A stretch of 64,000 nucleotides of DNA from an uncultured bacterium (lineage in GTDB: Bacteria > Patescibacteriota > Dojkabacteria > J137). Below are positions 48,900 to 58,891 of the stretch, one piece after another. The notes beneath the pieces are model-generated. The model searched no databases. It had not been told where the DNA came from and worked only from the letters and a program-made list of their open reading frames with translations. The position numbers were made by a program, and so were the translations under genes. How positions within the stretch are numbered: position 1 is the first letter of the stretch; every line of letters starts with the position of its first letter. The stretch lies in NCBI GenBank assembly GCA_963700155.1, contig OY969472.1, forward strand, positions 1,064,690 to 1,128,689, written 5' to 3'.

Positions 48900-49271
48900 G
48901 TGTCAATTTTAGATATATTTGGTACCAAAAACGAGCGTCAGAATATAGTTGGTCAAGTCGACTGCACTGCAGAAGATGCACCAACAGTGTTTTTGGGTCT
49001 TATGCAGACAATGGGAATGTCAAATCCTTCGGTATCTATTTCAAATTCATCAAAAGGAGTATCAATATCAAAGAAAGGGAAAAAATACACATTAGTTCTT
49101 GAAATGTTCCAACCACCAATTCAGATAAGTTGGGAAGATCCAATTGATTATAATCAGATTTTAAGCTTTATAAATAAAATTTCTAGGGGAAATAATAAAG
49201 TTTGTTGGGTAAATTTTATAAATATGAGTGATGGAAGTAAATCGCTTCAATTTGCTATAGATCAAAATTAA
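48900..49271 (+). CDS. hypothetical protein
   Basis: 123 aa ORF. Confidence 0.35.
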   Translation: MSILDIFGTKNERQNIVGQVDCTAEDAPTVFLGLMQTMGMSNPSVSISNSSKGVSISKKGKKYTLVLEMFQPPIQISWEDPIDYNQILSFINKISRGNNKVCWVNFINMSDGSKSLQFAIDQN

Positions 49272-49344
49272 GACTTCTTTCCACAAAATTTGAATTCACC
49301 AGCGAAAAAGATAAAATAAGAATATTAAATATAAAATTTTATAA

Positions 49345-50163
49345 ATGAATTTACTATTTGACATAGGTGGTACTAGAATGAGATTTGCACTTTCTCAAGA
49401 TAATCAGAATTTACAAAATATTAAAATATATGAATCAATTCCTACCTATAGTGAAGCTGTTAAATTTATTTCAAGTAAAAAAGACGAAATCACATTAGGA
49501 AATTCTATTGAAAATATTTCAGGAGGAATTGCAGGTGTTGTAGTTAACAATGTTTTATTTAAAGCACCACATTTAGAAGATTGGGATAACAAGCCATTTG
49601 CAGAAGATTTAAAAAGTATTTTTAATGTACGCGACAATATTTATATAACTAATGATGCTTCAGTAGCTGCTCTTGGTGAAGCTACTAAAGGTGCGGGTAA
49701 AGATTACAATATTGTCGCGTACATAACATTTGGTACAGGAGTTGGTGGTGCAAAGGTTTTAAATAAAAAAATAGAAACTTCAAAATATGGTTTTGAACCT
49801 GGACATCAAATAATTAATTTTAATGATAAAAATTATACAACTTTAGAAGAACTTGCATCTGGTTCTGGATTACAAGCTAAATATGGAATTCCTGCCAAAA
49901 AAATTACTGACAAAAGTATATGGAACGAAGTAGAGAAATTCGCTTCTTACGGATTAAATAATGTTATCCTACTCTGGTCTCCTGAGGTTATTATTTTAGG
50001 TGGTGGTTTAATTAATAACAACAGATTGAATATTGAAAAGATTGAAAATCATCTAAGTAAGATAATTAAAAATCTTCCAACTCTTCCAATCATACAAAAA
50101 TCACAACTTGGTGAAGAAGCTGGACTTTATGGAGCTTTATTTAACCTAAACAATAAACTATAA
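49345..50163 (+). CDS. ROK/BadF-type sugar kinase (glucokinase-like)
   Basis: N-terminal LLFDIGGTRMRFAL; ILGGGL near the C-terminus. Confidence 0.5.
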   Translation: MNLLFDIGGTRMRFALSQDNQNLQNIKIYESIPTYSEAVKFISSKKDEITLGNSIENISGGIAGVVVNNVLFKAPHLEDWDNKPFAEDLKSIFNVRDNIYITNDASVAALGEATKGAGKDYNIVAYITFGTGVGGAKVLNKKIETSKYGFEPGHQIINFNDKNYTTLEELASGSGLQAKYGIPAKKITDKSIWNEVEKFASYGLNNVILLWSPEVIILGGGLINNNRLNIEKIENHLSKIIKNLPTLPIIQKSQLGEEAGLYGALFNLNNKL

Positions 50164-50191
50164 TCAGTACGATATATAATCGTATATAATT

Positions 50192-51331
50192 ATGAGTTCA
50201 ATTTGCTTTTACTTTCAACTTCATCAACCATTAAGGATTAATCCCGAGGCAAACAAGTTAGATGAACTTTTCTCTTATAATAAAAATGGTAAGTTAAATA
50301 ATAAGCTGATTTTAGAACAAGTTGTTGAAAGATGTTATTTACCTGCAACTGAAATGATGTTTAAACTTATTAAGAGACATCCTGAATTCAAAATTAGTTA
50401 TTCATTATCAGGTGTTTTAATTGAGCAATTAGCTAGAAATCATTCTAATGTTATAAATCTCTTTAAAAAATTAGCAGATACTGGAAGAGTTGAATTTTTT
50501 AATGAGACTTATTACCATTCACTATCTTCTTTATACTCAAAAAATGAGTTTACAGAACAAATAAAATACCATAAAGCCGTAATTAAAGATTTATTTAATC
50601 AAGAACCTGAGATATTCAGAAATACTGAAATAATTTATTCAAATGATATAGGAACTATGATAAATAATTTAGGTTATAAAGTTATTCTTGCTGAAGGAGC
50701 TGATAGAATCATAGGATGGATGAATCCAAATTTTTTATTTAAGGGAATTTCAGGAATAAATTTATTATTGAAAAACTATAAACTTTCAGATGATATTGCT
50801 TTTAGATTCGCAGATAAATCTTTCTTTGATTATCCAATGACGACTGATAAATATTTTAGAAGGGTTGATGCAATAAATTCATTAGGAAATGACTTAATAA
50901 ACTTATTTATGGATTATGAAACTTTTGGTGAACACCAAGCTAAAGAAACAGGAATTTTTGAGTTTTTCGAAGCTTTAATTGATAGATTAATTAATGACAA
51001 AATGGGTTTTATAAATCCTTCAGAAACTTATAAAAAACTTAAAGTAAAACAAATTATTTCAATGCCAGGTAATGTTTCTTGGGCAGATCATGAAAGAGAC
51101 ACTTCTGCATGGACTTCGAATGAAATGCAAAAAGAATCTCTTGAAAAAATATATTCACTTGAAGATAGAGTTAAATCTAAGGGGGACAATTATCTTCTTG
51201 ATATATGGAGAAAACTTCAGACTTCAGATCACTTTTATTTTATGTGTACTAAGAAATATGGTGGAGAGAATAGTGATATTGATGTACATTCATATTTTAG
51301 TCCTTTTGGAACTCCACGAAAATGCTTATGA
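50192..51331 (+). CDS. glycoside hydrolase family 57 protein
   Basis: N-terminal FQLHQP motif; ILAEGA and MDYETFGEH catalytic-region motifs of GH57. Confidence 0.6.
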   Translation: MSSICFYFQLHQPLRINPEANKLDELFSYNKNGKLNNKLILEQVVERCYLPATEMMFKLIKRHPEFKISYSLSGVLIEQLARNHSNVINLFKKLADTGRVEFFNETYYHSLSSLYSKNEFTEQIKYHKAVIKDLFNQEPEIFRNTEIIYSNDIGTMINNLGYKVILAEGADRIIGWMNPNFLFKGISGINLLLKNYKLSDDIAFRFADKSFFDYPMTTDKYFRRVDAINSLGNDLINLFMDYETFGEHQAKETGIFEFFEALIDRLINDKMGFINPSETYKKLKVKQIISMPGNVSWADHERDTSAWTSNEMQKESLEKIYSLEDRVKSKGDNYLLDIWRKLQTSDHFYFMCTKKYGGENSDIDVHSYFSPFGTPRKCL

Positions 51332-51384
51332 AGCTTATAAGAATGCTTTAAGAATTCTTGAAGAAAGTTTATAGCCAATTTGAT

Positions 51385-52314
51385 CTAGTTGCCAAAAACA
51401 TCATGACCTCCAAACATATTTCTTAACACAGAAACAACTTTTCCAATATAACTTGGTTTCCTTTGCGATTCAGATCTAAATTTTACTGATTCCTCGATGA
51501 CAGGAATATTAATTTTCATTTCCTTAGCAGTATTATAAGTCCATAGACCTTCCCCTGACTGAGCTACTGAACCTGAAATCTCATCTAAATTTTCACCGTA
51601 TTTTTTATAACCATCTATAAGCCATCCAATAAGACGTGATTCAATTACACTTTTATGATTATAAACTTCAGCGACTTCTTCAAGGTTCAGATTATATTTT
51701 GACTTTTTCATAACAGCAAATCCTTCTCCAATTGCTTGCATCATTCCATACTCAATACCATTATGAACCATTTTTACAAAATGACCTGATCCAGAATCAC
51801 CAAAATATCTATAACCATCTTTTACACTTAAATCTCTAAATATAGGTTCTACATATTCAAAAACATCTCTTTCACCTCCAATCATTATACAAGCTCCATT
51901 TCTAGCACCTTTTGGGCCACCGGAGACTCCAGCATCTAAAAGGCGAATTCCTTTTTCTTTTAACGCTTTATATCTTCTTTCAGTATCTTTGAAAAAGGAA
52001 TTCGCCGCATCTATAATAATATCGCCTTTATCCAGTAAGTTTATTAAACCATCTTCACCTAAAAGGATTTGATCAGTTGGGTCACCTGCAGTTAACATTA
52101 CCCATACTATTCTCGGGGTATCTAAGCTATCGACAAATTCCTTTAATGAATAATAGCCCTTTAGACCTTGTTTTTCATAAGATTTTGTTACACTTACGGT
52201 TCTATTATAAACATGTACATTCCATTTTTTATCATTCAATTGTAACGCTATTCCACCTCCCATTTTTCCTAATCCGACAATACCTATCAAGTGGTTATTT
52301 TTAAAATTTTTCAT
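51385..52314 (-). CDS. gnd: 6-phosphogluconate dehydrogenase (decarboxylating), short form
   Basis: IGLGKMGGGIALQL Rossmann motif plus the 6PGDH C-terminal domain pattern. Confidence 0.7.
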   Translation of the reverse strand: MKNFKNNHLIGIVGLGKMGGGIALQLNDKKWNVHVYNRTVSVTKSYEKQGLKGYYSLKEFVDSLDTPRIVWVMLTAGDPTDQILLGEDGLINLLDKGDIIIDAANSFFKDTERRYKALKEKGIRLLDAGVSGGPKGARNGACIMIGGERDVFEYVEPIFRDLSVKDGYRYFGDSGSGHFVKMVHNGIEYGMMQAIGEGFAVMKKSKYNLNLEEVAEVYNHKSVIESRLIGWLIDGYKKYGENLDEISGSVAQSGEGLWTYNTAKEMKINIPVIEESVKFRSESQRKPSYIGKVVSVLRNMFGGHDVFGN

Positions 52315-52338
52315 ATAAAAATATAATTTAAAAATAAA

Positions 52339-52620
52339 TTATTGTTCACGATTGCGAATTCTTCTAACTTCTTCTACTATAATTAAAGGAGCTTCTTCTA
52401 TCGGTCTATCTTTAAAAATACCAGTTGTCCAAGCTTTTATTACTTCATTAAAATTATTTATATCTAGTTTCCTTTCGTCTTTGTTTCGTCCAATTCTTTT
52501 ACTTATGCTTAAATCTGGATCGTCAACTTCATTTTCCGGCCCGAAATCATACATACCAGGTTCATCACTTCCAAATTCAATTATTGATGGGTCTAGAGTA
52601 TTTTTATTTCGCCTTGGCAT
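52339..52620 (-). CDS. hypothetical protein between zwf and gnd
   Basis: 93 aa ORF, co-oriented. Confidence 0.35.
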   Translation of the reverse strand: MPRRNKNTLDPSIIEFGSDEPGMYDFGPENEVDDPDLSISKRIGRNKDERKLDINNFNEVIKAWTTGIFKDRPIEEAPLIIVEEVRRIRNREQ

Positions 52621-52659
52621 ATTAAGTATTTAAAATATAATACTTAAATTCTAAGTATA

Positions 52660-54006
52660 TTATTTTAGTTTTTCATTAGCTTTTAAAATTATATCATCTG
52701 AATCTGCTTCATAAGTTTCTAATTTAACTACATTATCTTTCCAACCATCTAAAATAGGCTGAATAAATTCCCACATATACATACTTTCATCTTTACAAAC
52801 AAAAAATGTTTGATCACCAATAAAGAAATCATGAAGAAGTTGAGTATATTCAGCAACATAAGTATTTTTATTTTCTGATTCTTTCATCATTAATGTAATC
52901 ATATTATCTTCGTTTTCAAAAGTTATTCCAGGCTTTTTTGTCTTTACAAATATCTTAATTGAATCATCTGGTTCTAATGAAAATATTACCTTATTAATTC
53001 CTTTAAAATGAACAATTACTTCTTTGTGAACGTTTTTTAAACTTTTACCTGCTTCAAGATAAAATGGAACTCCTTCCCATCTTTTAGAGTCAATAAAACA
53101 CTTTAACTTAAAATAGGTTTCCATATTAGAATTTTTAGCTACACCAGTAACATCTTTATATCCATTATATTGAGCTCTAAATGTATTAGTTCTAATTTCA
53201 TCATGTGTTAAAGGTTTTAGCATTTTCAATAAATCAGTTCTATTAAATCTAATATTTTCACAGCATAATACACTTGGTTCATCCATTGTTGTTAAAGCAA
53301 GCATTTGTAAAAGATGATTTTGACCAACATCTCTTAAAGCTCCAAGAGTATCATAAAATGCCCCCCTATTATCAATACCAAGCGTTTCATTAATTCTAAT
53401 TTCAATTTTTTCGATATGTTTATTGTCCCAGATTGGATCAAACATTGAATTAGCAAATCTAAAACTAAGAATATTTTGAACACTATCTTTTCCTAAATAA
53501 TGATCAATTCTATAAATTTGCTCTTCATTAAAATATTTACTAAATAACTCTTCAGTTTGTTTAGAGCTTTCTAAATCTCTACCTACTGGTTTTTCAACCA
53601 TCAATTTTGTTGTGGGTTCAACAAAACCTGAATTTCCTAAATTTTCAATAACAATCTGATAAAGTTCGGGTGGGATTGCAAGGTATATATGTTTAGAAGC
53701 TTCGAGATAATCTTGTTTTATTTTTATATTTAAACTTTTAAAACTTTCTAAATCATGAAATTCCCCTTTATGGTATTCAATCATTGAAAGGAATTCGTTA
53801 ATATCATTCTTTTTTATATCAGACTTTTTTTCAACACTTTTTTTAACCAGCTCTCTAAATTCTTCATTTGAAAGATCTCGCCTGCCAAAACCAATAATTT
53901 TATGGAAAACACCTGGTTTTTCTTTATTTAAGCCATAAAGTGCAGGCGAGATCTTCCTATCCATTAAATCACCAGTAGCTCCAAAAATGATTAAAACATT
54001 ATTCAT
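52660..54006 (-). CDS. zwf: glucose-6-phosphate 1-dehydrogenase
   Basis: IIFGATGDLMDRKISPAL NADP motif; RIDHYLGKD signature; 448 aa. Confidence 0.85.
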   Translation of the reverse strand: MNNVLIIFGATGDLMDRKISPALYGLNKEKPGVFHKIIGFGRRDLSNEEFRELVKKSVEKKSDIKKNDINEFLSMIEYHKGEFHDLESFKSLNIKIKQDYLEASKHIYLAIPPELYQIVIENLGNSGFVEPTTKLMVEKPVGRDLESSKQTEELFSKYFNEEQIYRIDHYLGKDSVQNILSFRFANSMFDPIWDNKHIEKIEIRINETLGIDNRGAFYDTLGALRDVGQNHLLQMLALTTMDEPSVLCCENIRFNRTDLLKMLKPLTHDEIRTNTFRAQYNGYKDVTGVAKNSNMETYFKLKCFIDSKRWEGVPFYLEAGKSLKNVHKEVIVHFKGINKVIFSLEPDDSIKIFVKTKKPGITFENEDNMITLMMKESENKNTYVAEYTQLLHDFFIGDQTFFVCKDESMYMWEFIQPILDGWKDNVVKLETYEADSDDIILKANEKLK

Positions 54007-54073
54007 AAAATTGTTATTAAAATTTATACAAATTAATATACTTTATTTAAGTGAATTTTCAATGATATTGGTC

Positions 54074-55024
54074 TTATTTCTTCTTCTTTTTCTTAGATTT
54101 GTTTTTTTTATTCTTTTTTGTTGAAGATTTGGAAGTAGAGATAATTGGTTCTTCAGCTTTATCCCTCCTTTTTAAAATAGGTCTATTTAATAAGTTAATA
54201 TTTGGTCTTTGGAATTTTATATTAATAAGAAACTTCAAATTATTATAAGTAAATGAAGTCATTAATAATGAAACAAATATTAGAGCCGCAGTTACAATAA
54301 AATTAACACCTAATCCAAACGATACTGATAGAAGAATTATTACCGCAATGTATAAATACCTTTTATGGTAGAAAGCATCTGATGCATATAGTGAAGAAAT
54401 ATCTTCAAAATCTTCAGGGTTTATTCTCCAAATTACACTAAAATACATCAAACTTATCCAGATATTCATTAAAAAGAAAATAATCAAATCAATTTCTCTT
54501 ATTTGATAGTATCTTGAAAGTAAACTAAATAACCCTGCCAATATTAAATTTGAAAAGAAAACTAATTCGAAGTAATTAAGTAAAATATATAAATTTTGTT
54601 TACCAGATAATTTATTTTTTTGTTTTAGAAGAAAATAAATAAAGACAAAGACCGATGCTGCTATAAGGTATAGATTAATTAATATATTATTTATAATTAC
54701 ATTACTTCGTTCATAAAAATCTGTTGAAATTACAAAATCTACTTTTCTATCCAAGTTAATACTATCTAACATAACTTTTACTGGATCAGCTCCTTCATTC
54801 TCAAAATAAAGAACATTATTCACTCTATCAATTCTTACTAAATTAGTGTCATTTATTTTATTTATGAAATCAGAAATTTCATTTTGAGTGCCAGTAATAT
54901 TCACCTCGACATTATTATTCAACTCAAAATAATATAACCCTTTGTTAATAAAAAGTGAAAGAACAGCAGTTATTATTAGTAAACCAAATATTATTTTTGA
55001 TAGTGAATTTCCATTAAGTCTCAT
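54074..55024 (-). CDS. polytopic membrane protein with Lys-rich C-terminal tail (SecF-like topology, unconfirmed)
   Basis: N-terminal TM, an extracytoplasmic domain of about 100 aa, then 5 TM helices. The tail is KKNKKNKSKKKKKK. Overlaps the upstream gene by 11 bp. Confidence 0.3.
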   Translation of the reverse strand: MRLNGNSLSKIIFGLLIITAVLSLFINKGLYYFELNNNVEVNITGTQNEISDFINKINDTNLVRIDRVNNVLYFENEGADPVKVMLDSINLDRKVDFVISTDFYERSNVIINNILINLYLIAASVFVFIYFLLKQKNKLSGKQNLYILLNYFELVFFSNLILAGLFSLLSRYYQIREIDLIIFFLMNIWISLMYFSVIWRINPEDFEDISSLYASDAFYHKRYLYIAVIILLSVSFGLGVNFIVTAALIFVSLLMTSFTYNNLKFLINIKFQRPNINLLNRPILKRRDKAEEPIISTSKSSTKKNKKNKSKKKKKK

Positions 55025-56366
55025 TGGTTTTTGATTTTTTAAGATTAGGTAATTTAATATTTTTAATTTCTATTTCAAAAACATTTTTAAAATATAAAAT
55101 ACTCATTACGAATAGTACTAATAATCCAATTAATAATGCTCCAATAAAATCAGCTGACGTACCAATACTTATAATTAATTTATAACTTATTGCAATTACA
55201 ATAAATGTGAAGATAGATATATCTCTAATCATTCTAATAGAAGTTATTAATTCGTCTTCATCAGAACTATGTTCGTAAATATAGTATATCAAAGCGTTTA
55301 GAATAAATAACATTAATACAAACCCAATTAAGAAACTAGTTGAAATACTAGCCGTGAGAATCTTTAAAATTGAAACATAGGCTAAAATAAAGATGGATGT
55401 AGATAGAATATATTTTATTAACCCTTTAAATTTATACTTTACTAGAAAGTAAATAGCTAATATTAATGACGATATAATAAACATAACAGAAATAAAAGTA
55501 CCTGAATCCTGTTTATAAATAGGTTTTACTGTTGTGATATTTGGTTGAACTGTAAAAGTGTCACTAAACGGTTCAGTTAAAAAATAACTTCTTGCTACAT
55601 TTAAGAAATCGTTTGCCTCACGTACATTTGTAACACTCACTAATTGAGTAGGTACTGCTCTTAACATATCTTCATTGCTAGTTGAATTTGAATCATATTT
55701 AACTATATAAAAATCAGGATATCCATCAATCTCCATTAAAAAATAAGGTCCTTGGCTGTTTGCAGAAAATACACTATTAATAGTAGATACTTTGTCTTGT
55801 GATATTTTAAAAACTAAATGACTACCATAATTATCGTTATAATCAATTGTTACTGCACCTTGAATATCGTAATCTTTTAAATCAACTGATGTAGGGTTTT
55901 TCTGATCAGCTGTAATAAAAGAAAATTCAGCTTTATCCGTAAACCATTTCGCATAGTTTTCAGGATTTGAATAGTAGTCTGGGAAAGAGAAAACTAAATT
56001 ATATGCATCTGATTCAATCTGAGCTTTAACTTTAATATCATATAAACCAGATGTACTTACCCTCGATTCAACTTTATTTAAATAAGAAAGAAGAAGTTCT
56101 TGTTTTTGATCACTCGATAAATTAGTTTGTGAAAAATTTAAATTTGCATTAATTTCTTTTTTAGGATAAATTCCGAAACTCTTTTGGAAATTACCTAAAG
56201 ATGTTCCAATTTTTGCTGCAATTCTATCTGAAAAATTAATGTTGATTTCTTGTCCAGCAATATTTACAGTAAATGTTGGAATTGAAAGTATTAAAAATAC
56301 AAAAATAGAAATTACAATAAATAATATTTTTAAACTTTGACGATTCATAAACAGGATTATACTCAA
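55014..56366 (-). CDS. polytopic membrane protein (SecD-like or permease-like topology, unconfirmed)
   Basis: N-terminal TM, an extracytoplasmic domain of about 270 aa, then a C-terminal 5-TM bundle. No clear sequence signature. Confidence 0.3.
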   Translation of the reverse strand: MSIILFMNRQSLKILFIVISIFVFLILSIPTFTVNIAGQEININFSDRIAAKIGTSLGNFQKSFGIYPKKEINANLNFSQTNLSSDQKQELLLSYLNKVESRVSTSGLYDIKVKAQIESDAYNLVFSFPDYYSNPENYAKWFTDKAEFSFITADQKNPTSVDLKDYDIQGAVTIDYNDNYGSHLVFKISQDKVSTINSVFSANSQGPYFLMEIDGYPDFYIVKYDSNSTSNEDMLRAVPTQLVSVTNVREANDFLNVARSYFLTEPFSDTFTVQPNITTVKPIYKQDSGTFISVMFIISSLILAIYFLVKYKFKGLIKYILSTSIFILAYVSILKILTASISTSFLIGFVLMLFILNALIYYIYEHSSDEDELITSIRMIRDISIFTFIVIAISYKLIISIGTSADFIGALLIGLLVLFVMSILYFKNVFEIEIKNIKLPNLKKSKTNET

Positions 56367-56442
56367 GATTTACTAAATTTCAAATCAGCAATTTTATTCT
56401 AATTCGTTTATACTATATCATATTTAAAAATCAAGTAATTTT

Positions 56443-57741
56443 ATGCGTTCATTTCTAGGAAAAGCTTTAAATTTATTTAGTAATTCGAAATTCTCTTCAG
56501 GTATCTGGTTTTACTCTCTACCTGTTTTTTTCTTACTACTTGCCGATAGCGCAATGTCATATATATTTCCGATTGTAGTTGAAACTAATGTGAATTCTAA
56601 TACAATCTTAGGAGTAATAATGGCTCTTTCATCTGTAGCTGGTTTGATATCGGACTTTACTTTTCCACAGTTACTAAAGGATAAAACATGGAAATTTCAA
56701 CTTATTGCAGCAATAATTTTAACTTTCTTTTTCCCAGTTTCACTTACCTTAGGAGTTGTGTGGAGTTCAATATATCTGTTTATTTTCGGAAGTATAATTT
56801 GGGGTATCTACTGGGAGTTTTTAAATTTTTCAGAACAAAGTTATATAATCGATCAAGATAAATCTGGGGATTATTCTAAAGATTGGGGAGTTATGTATTT
56901 TGTATATCAAATAACTACGGTAATTGGTCCTATTTTAGGTTCATTATTAATTGTTAATTCATTAATAACTGCAAATATAACAATAAGTTTTATTCAAGTT
57001 TTAAGTCTCTTTTTTGCAATATTATTAATTCTTGGACTTCCTTCTAAGCAGTTTTCTCACTCAACTTCAGTTAAACATACACTTAAAATTTTTAAAGAAG
57101 TTAAGTATTGGGAAATTCTTTCAAGAAACGTTTGGCCTGTGATTATTGTAGGAGTTACAATAAGTTCTATTAATGCTGTATTTTGGACTATAGGAGGATT
57201 ATTTGGAGATTTATTATTTGGAAGGGGACTTGATTGGATTGTTATTGTTCTTTTTTCAGCTCCATCAATATTAGGATCGTTAATACTAACTAGAATTATC
57301 ATAAAAAAAAGAAAAAAGAAGTATTCTCAAATATTTCTTATTATAGGATGTATATTTCTTTCAATGATATATTTTGCAACTGATTCTATATTATTAATTT
57401 TGTTACTGATTATTCTTGCTAGTTTTTCGCTTTCATTTGTAGGACCACTTAACGATGCTGTATATTCTGATCTTTTAGATAGACTTAAGAAAGGTAGAAT
57501 ACACTTATTAGGGCTAGATAAAGCTAATACCTCATTAGCTTACATAATTGGACCTTTATTAGCAGGATTCTTAGCAGATAGAATAAGTTATCAACTAACT
57601 TTAACAATTGTAGGATCGATAGGTGCTATTCTTGGAATTATTCTATTATTATCTACACCTCGAAAGTTAAAACTTCCACAAAGTAAAATGAAGGAAATGG
57701 AACCTTCAGTTCACACGAATTTAGTTAGATCTACAAAATAA
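56443..57741 (+). CDS. MFS-like transporter
   Basis: 432 aa with about 12 TM helices. Confidence 0.4.
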   Translation: MRSFLGKALNLFSNSKFSSGIWFYSLPVFFLLLADSAMSYIFPIVVETNVNSNTILGVIMALSSVAGLISDFTFPQLLKDKTWKFQLIAAIILTFFFPVSLTLGVVWSSIYLFIFGSIIWGIYWEFLNFSEQSYIIDQDKSGDYSKDWGVMYFVYQITTVIGPILGSLLIVNSLITANITISFIQVLSLFFAILLILGLPSKQFSHSTSVKHTLKIFKEVKYWEILSRNVWPVIIVGVTISSINAVFWTIGGLFGDLLFGRGLDWIVIVLFSAPSILGSLILTRIIIKKRKKKYSQIFLIIGCIFLSMIYFATDSILLILLLIILASFSLSFVGPLNDAVYSDLLDRLKKGRIHLLGLDKANTSLAYIIGPLLAGFLADRISYQLTLTIVGSIGAILGIILLLSTPRKLKLPQSKMKEMEPSVHTNLVRSTK

Positions 57742-57742
57742 C

Positions 57743-58432
57743 TTACTTTGATTTAGTTTTACAAGTACAGTCTTTACAATCACAGTTGTCATGAGAGCAC
57801 TCTTTACAATTTCCCATCCTGCATTCTTTACAGTCACAATTGCAATCCATTTCTAAAAGAGGTGCATATTCATCTTTATATCTCTGTTCACATTCATTTA
57901 TTATTCTAATTGCTTCTGCAATATCAAAAAAACCTTCTACTTTACCAGTTCCTGGCTTTTTTAAATCTTTGTAATGCTCCCAGTAATAAGTTGTTTCAGT
58001 TTTGAAATATTCTCCCAAATCATCAATTGAATTTATATGTTTCATTCTTTTATCTTCACTTAATACAGCGATTACCTTATCATCTTCTTCACCACCATCA
58101 ACAAACTTCATTAGACCTATAATTCTTGCTTCAACAAGAGAGCCTGGTACTAAAGGTTCTGTTACATTTACAATTTCAATATCTAAAGGATCTCCATCTA
58201 AATCCCATGTCATTGGAATTCCACCATACGTAAATGGATATGACATTGAAGAAAATCCGACTCTATCAAGTTTTAATTGTCCGGATTCAGTAATTAATTC
58301 ATATTTATTTATTGAATGAGTATTTACTTCAACTATTGCATTTACAATATTGTCTTCCTCACTTGCAAATGCTGGTAATACATGTAAAAGATTCAGCATG
58401 TATTTAGAAGGATTGTGATTGATATTTGCCAT
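57743..58432 (-). CDS. ppa: family I inorganic pyrophosphatase with C-terminal Cys-rich (metallothionein-like) extension
   Basis: PPase motifs DGDPLD.E.V and the surrounding core. The last 36 aa contain 12 Cys (DCNCDCKECRMGNCKECSHDNCDCKDCTCK). Confidence 0.8.
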   Translation of the reverse strand: MANINHNPSKYMLNLLHVLPAFASEEDNIVNAIVEVNTHSINKYELITESGQLKLDRVGFSSMSYPFTYGGIPMTWDLDGDPLDIEIVNVTEPLVPGSLVEARIIGLMKFVDGGEEDDKVIAVLSEDKRMKHINSIDDLGEYFKTETTYYWEHYKDLKKPGTGKVEGFFDIAEAIRIINECEQRYKDEYAPLLEMDCNCDCKECRMGNCKECSHDNCDCKDCTCKTKSK

Positions 58433-58526
58433 GAACTATTGATAAAAATTAATATTATTAGTATGCTTTAAACAACAAAGAATAATACTATTTATTTTAC
58501 TTACTTTCAATTTAGTAAAAATATAC

Positions 58527-58889
58527 ATGAATGATACTCTAGAAAATTTAAATGAAAAATTCAATATTATTTCGGAAATTGAAGAAGTTGAGAATGAATA
58601 TAAACTATTACCTAAAAAATTCCAAACGTTGCCTATGAGTGAACATGTTGTATCCACTGTCATTGCTACCTTATTACAGAAAGTTAATAGATCTTATCCC
58701 GGAAGTATAAAAATTACTCCCGAAGAAGCAAAACTGCTACTAGAAGAACTTAGAGAGACAATAAAGAAGAGATATGGTTATGATGAAGAAACTTTGTCTA
58801 ATAAAATCAGAAAGGCATTTTTAGTTGCGGATAACAATTTAGAAACAGAGTGGCCTGAACTAGGGAAGACTTCAGAAGGATTAGAATAA
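58527..58889 (+). CDS. hypothetical protein
   Basis: 120 aa ORF. Confidence 0.4.
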   Translation: MNDTLENLNEKFNIISEIEEVENEYKLLPKKFQTLPMSEHVVSTVIATLLQKVNRSYPGSIKITPEEAKLLLEELRETIKKRYGYDEETLSNKIRKAFLVADNNLETEWPELGKTSEGLE

Positions 58890-58891
58890 AT

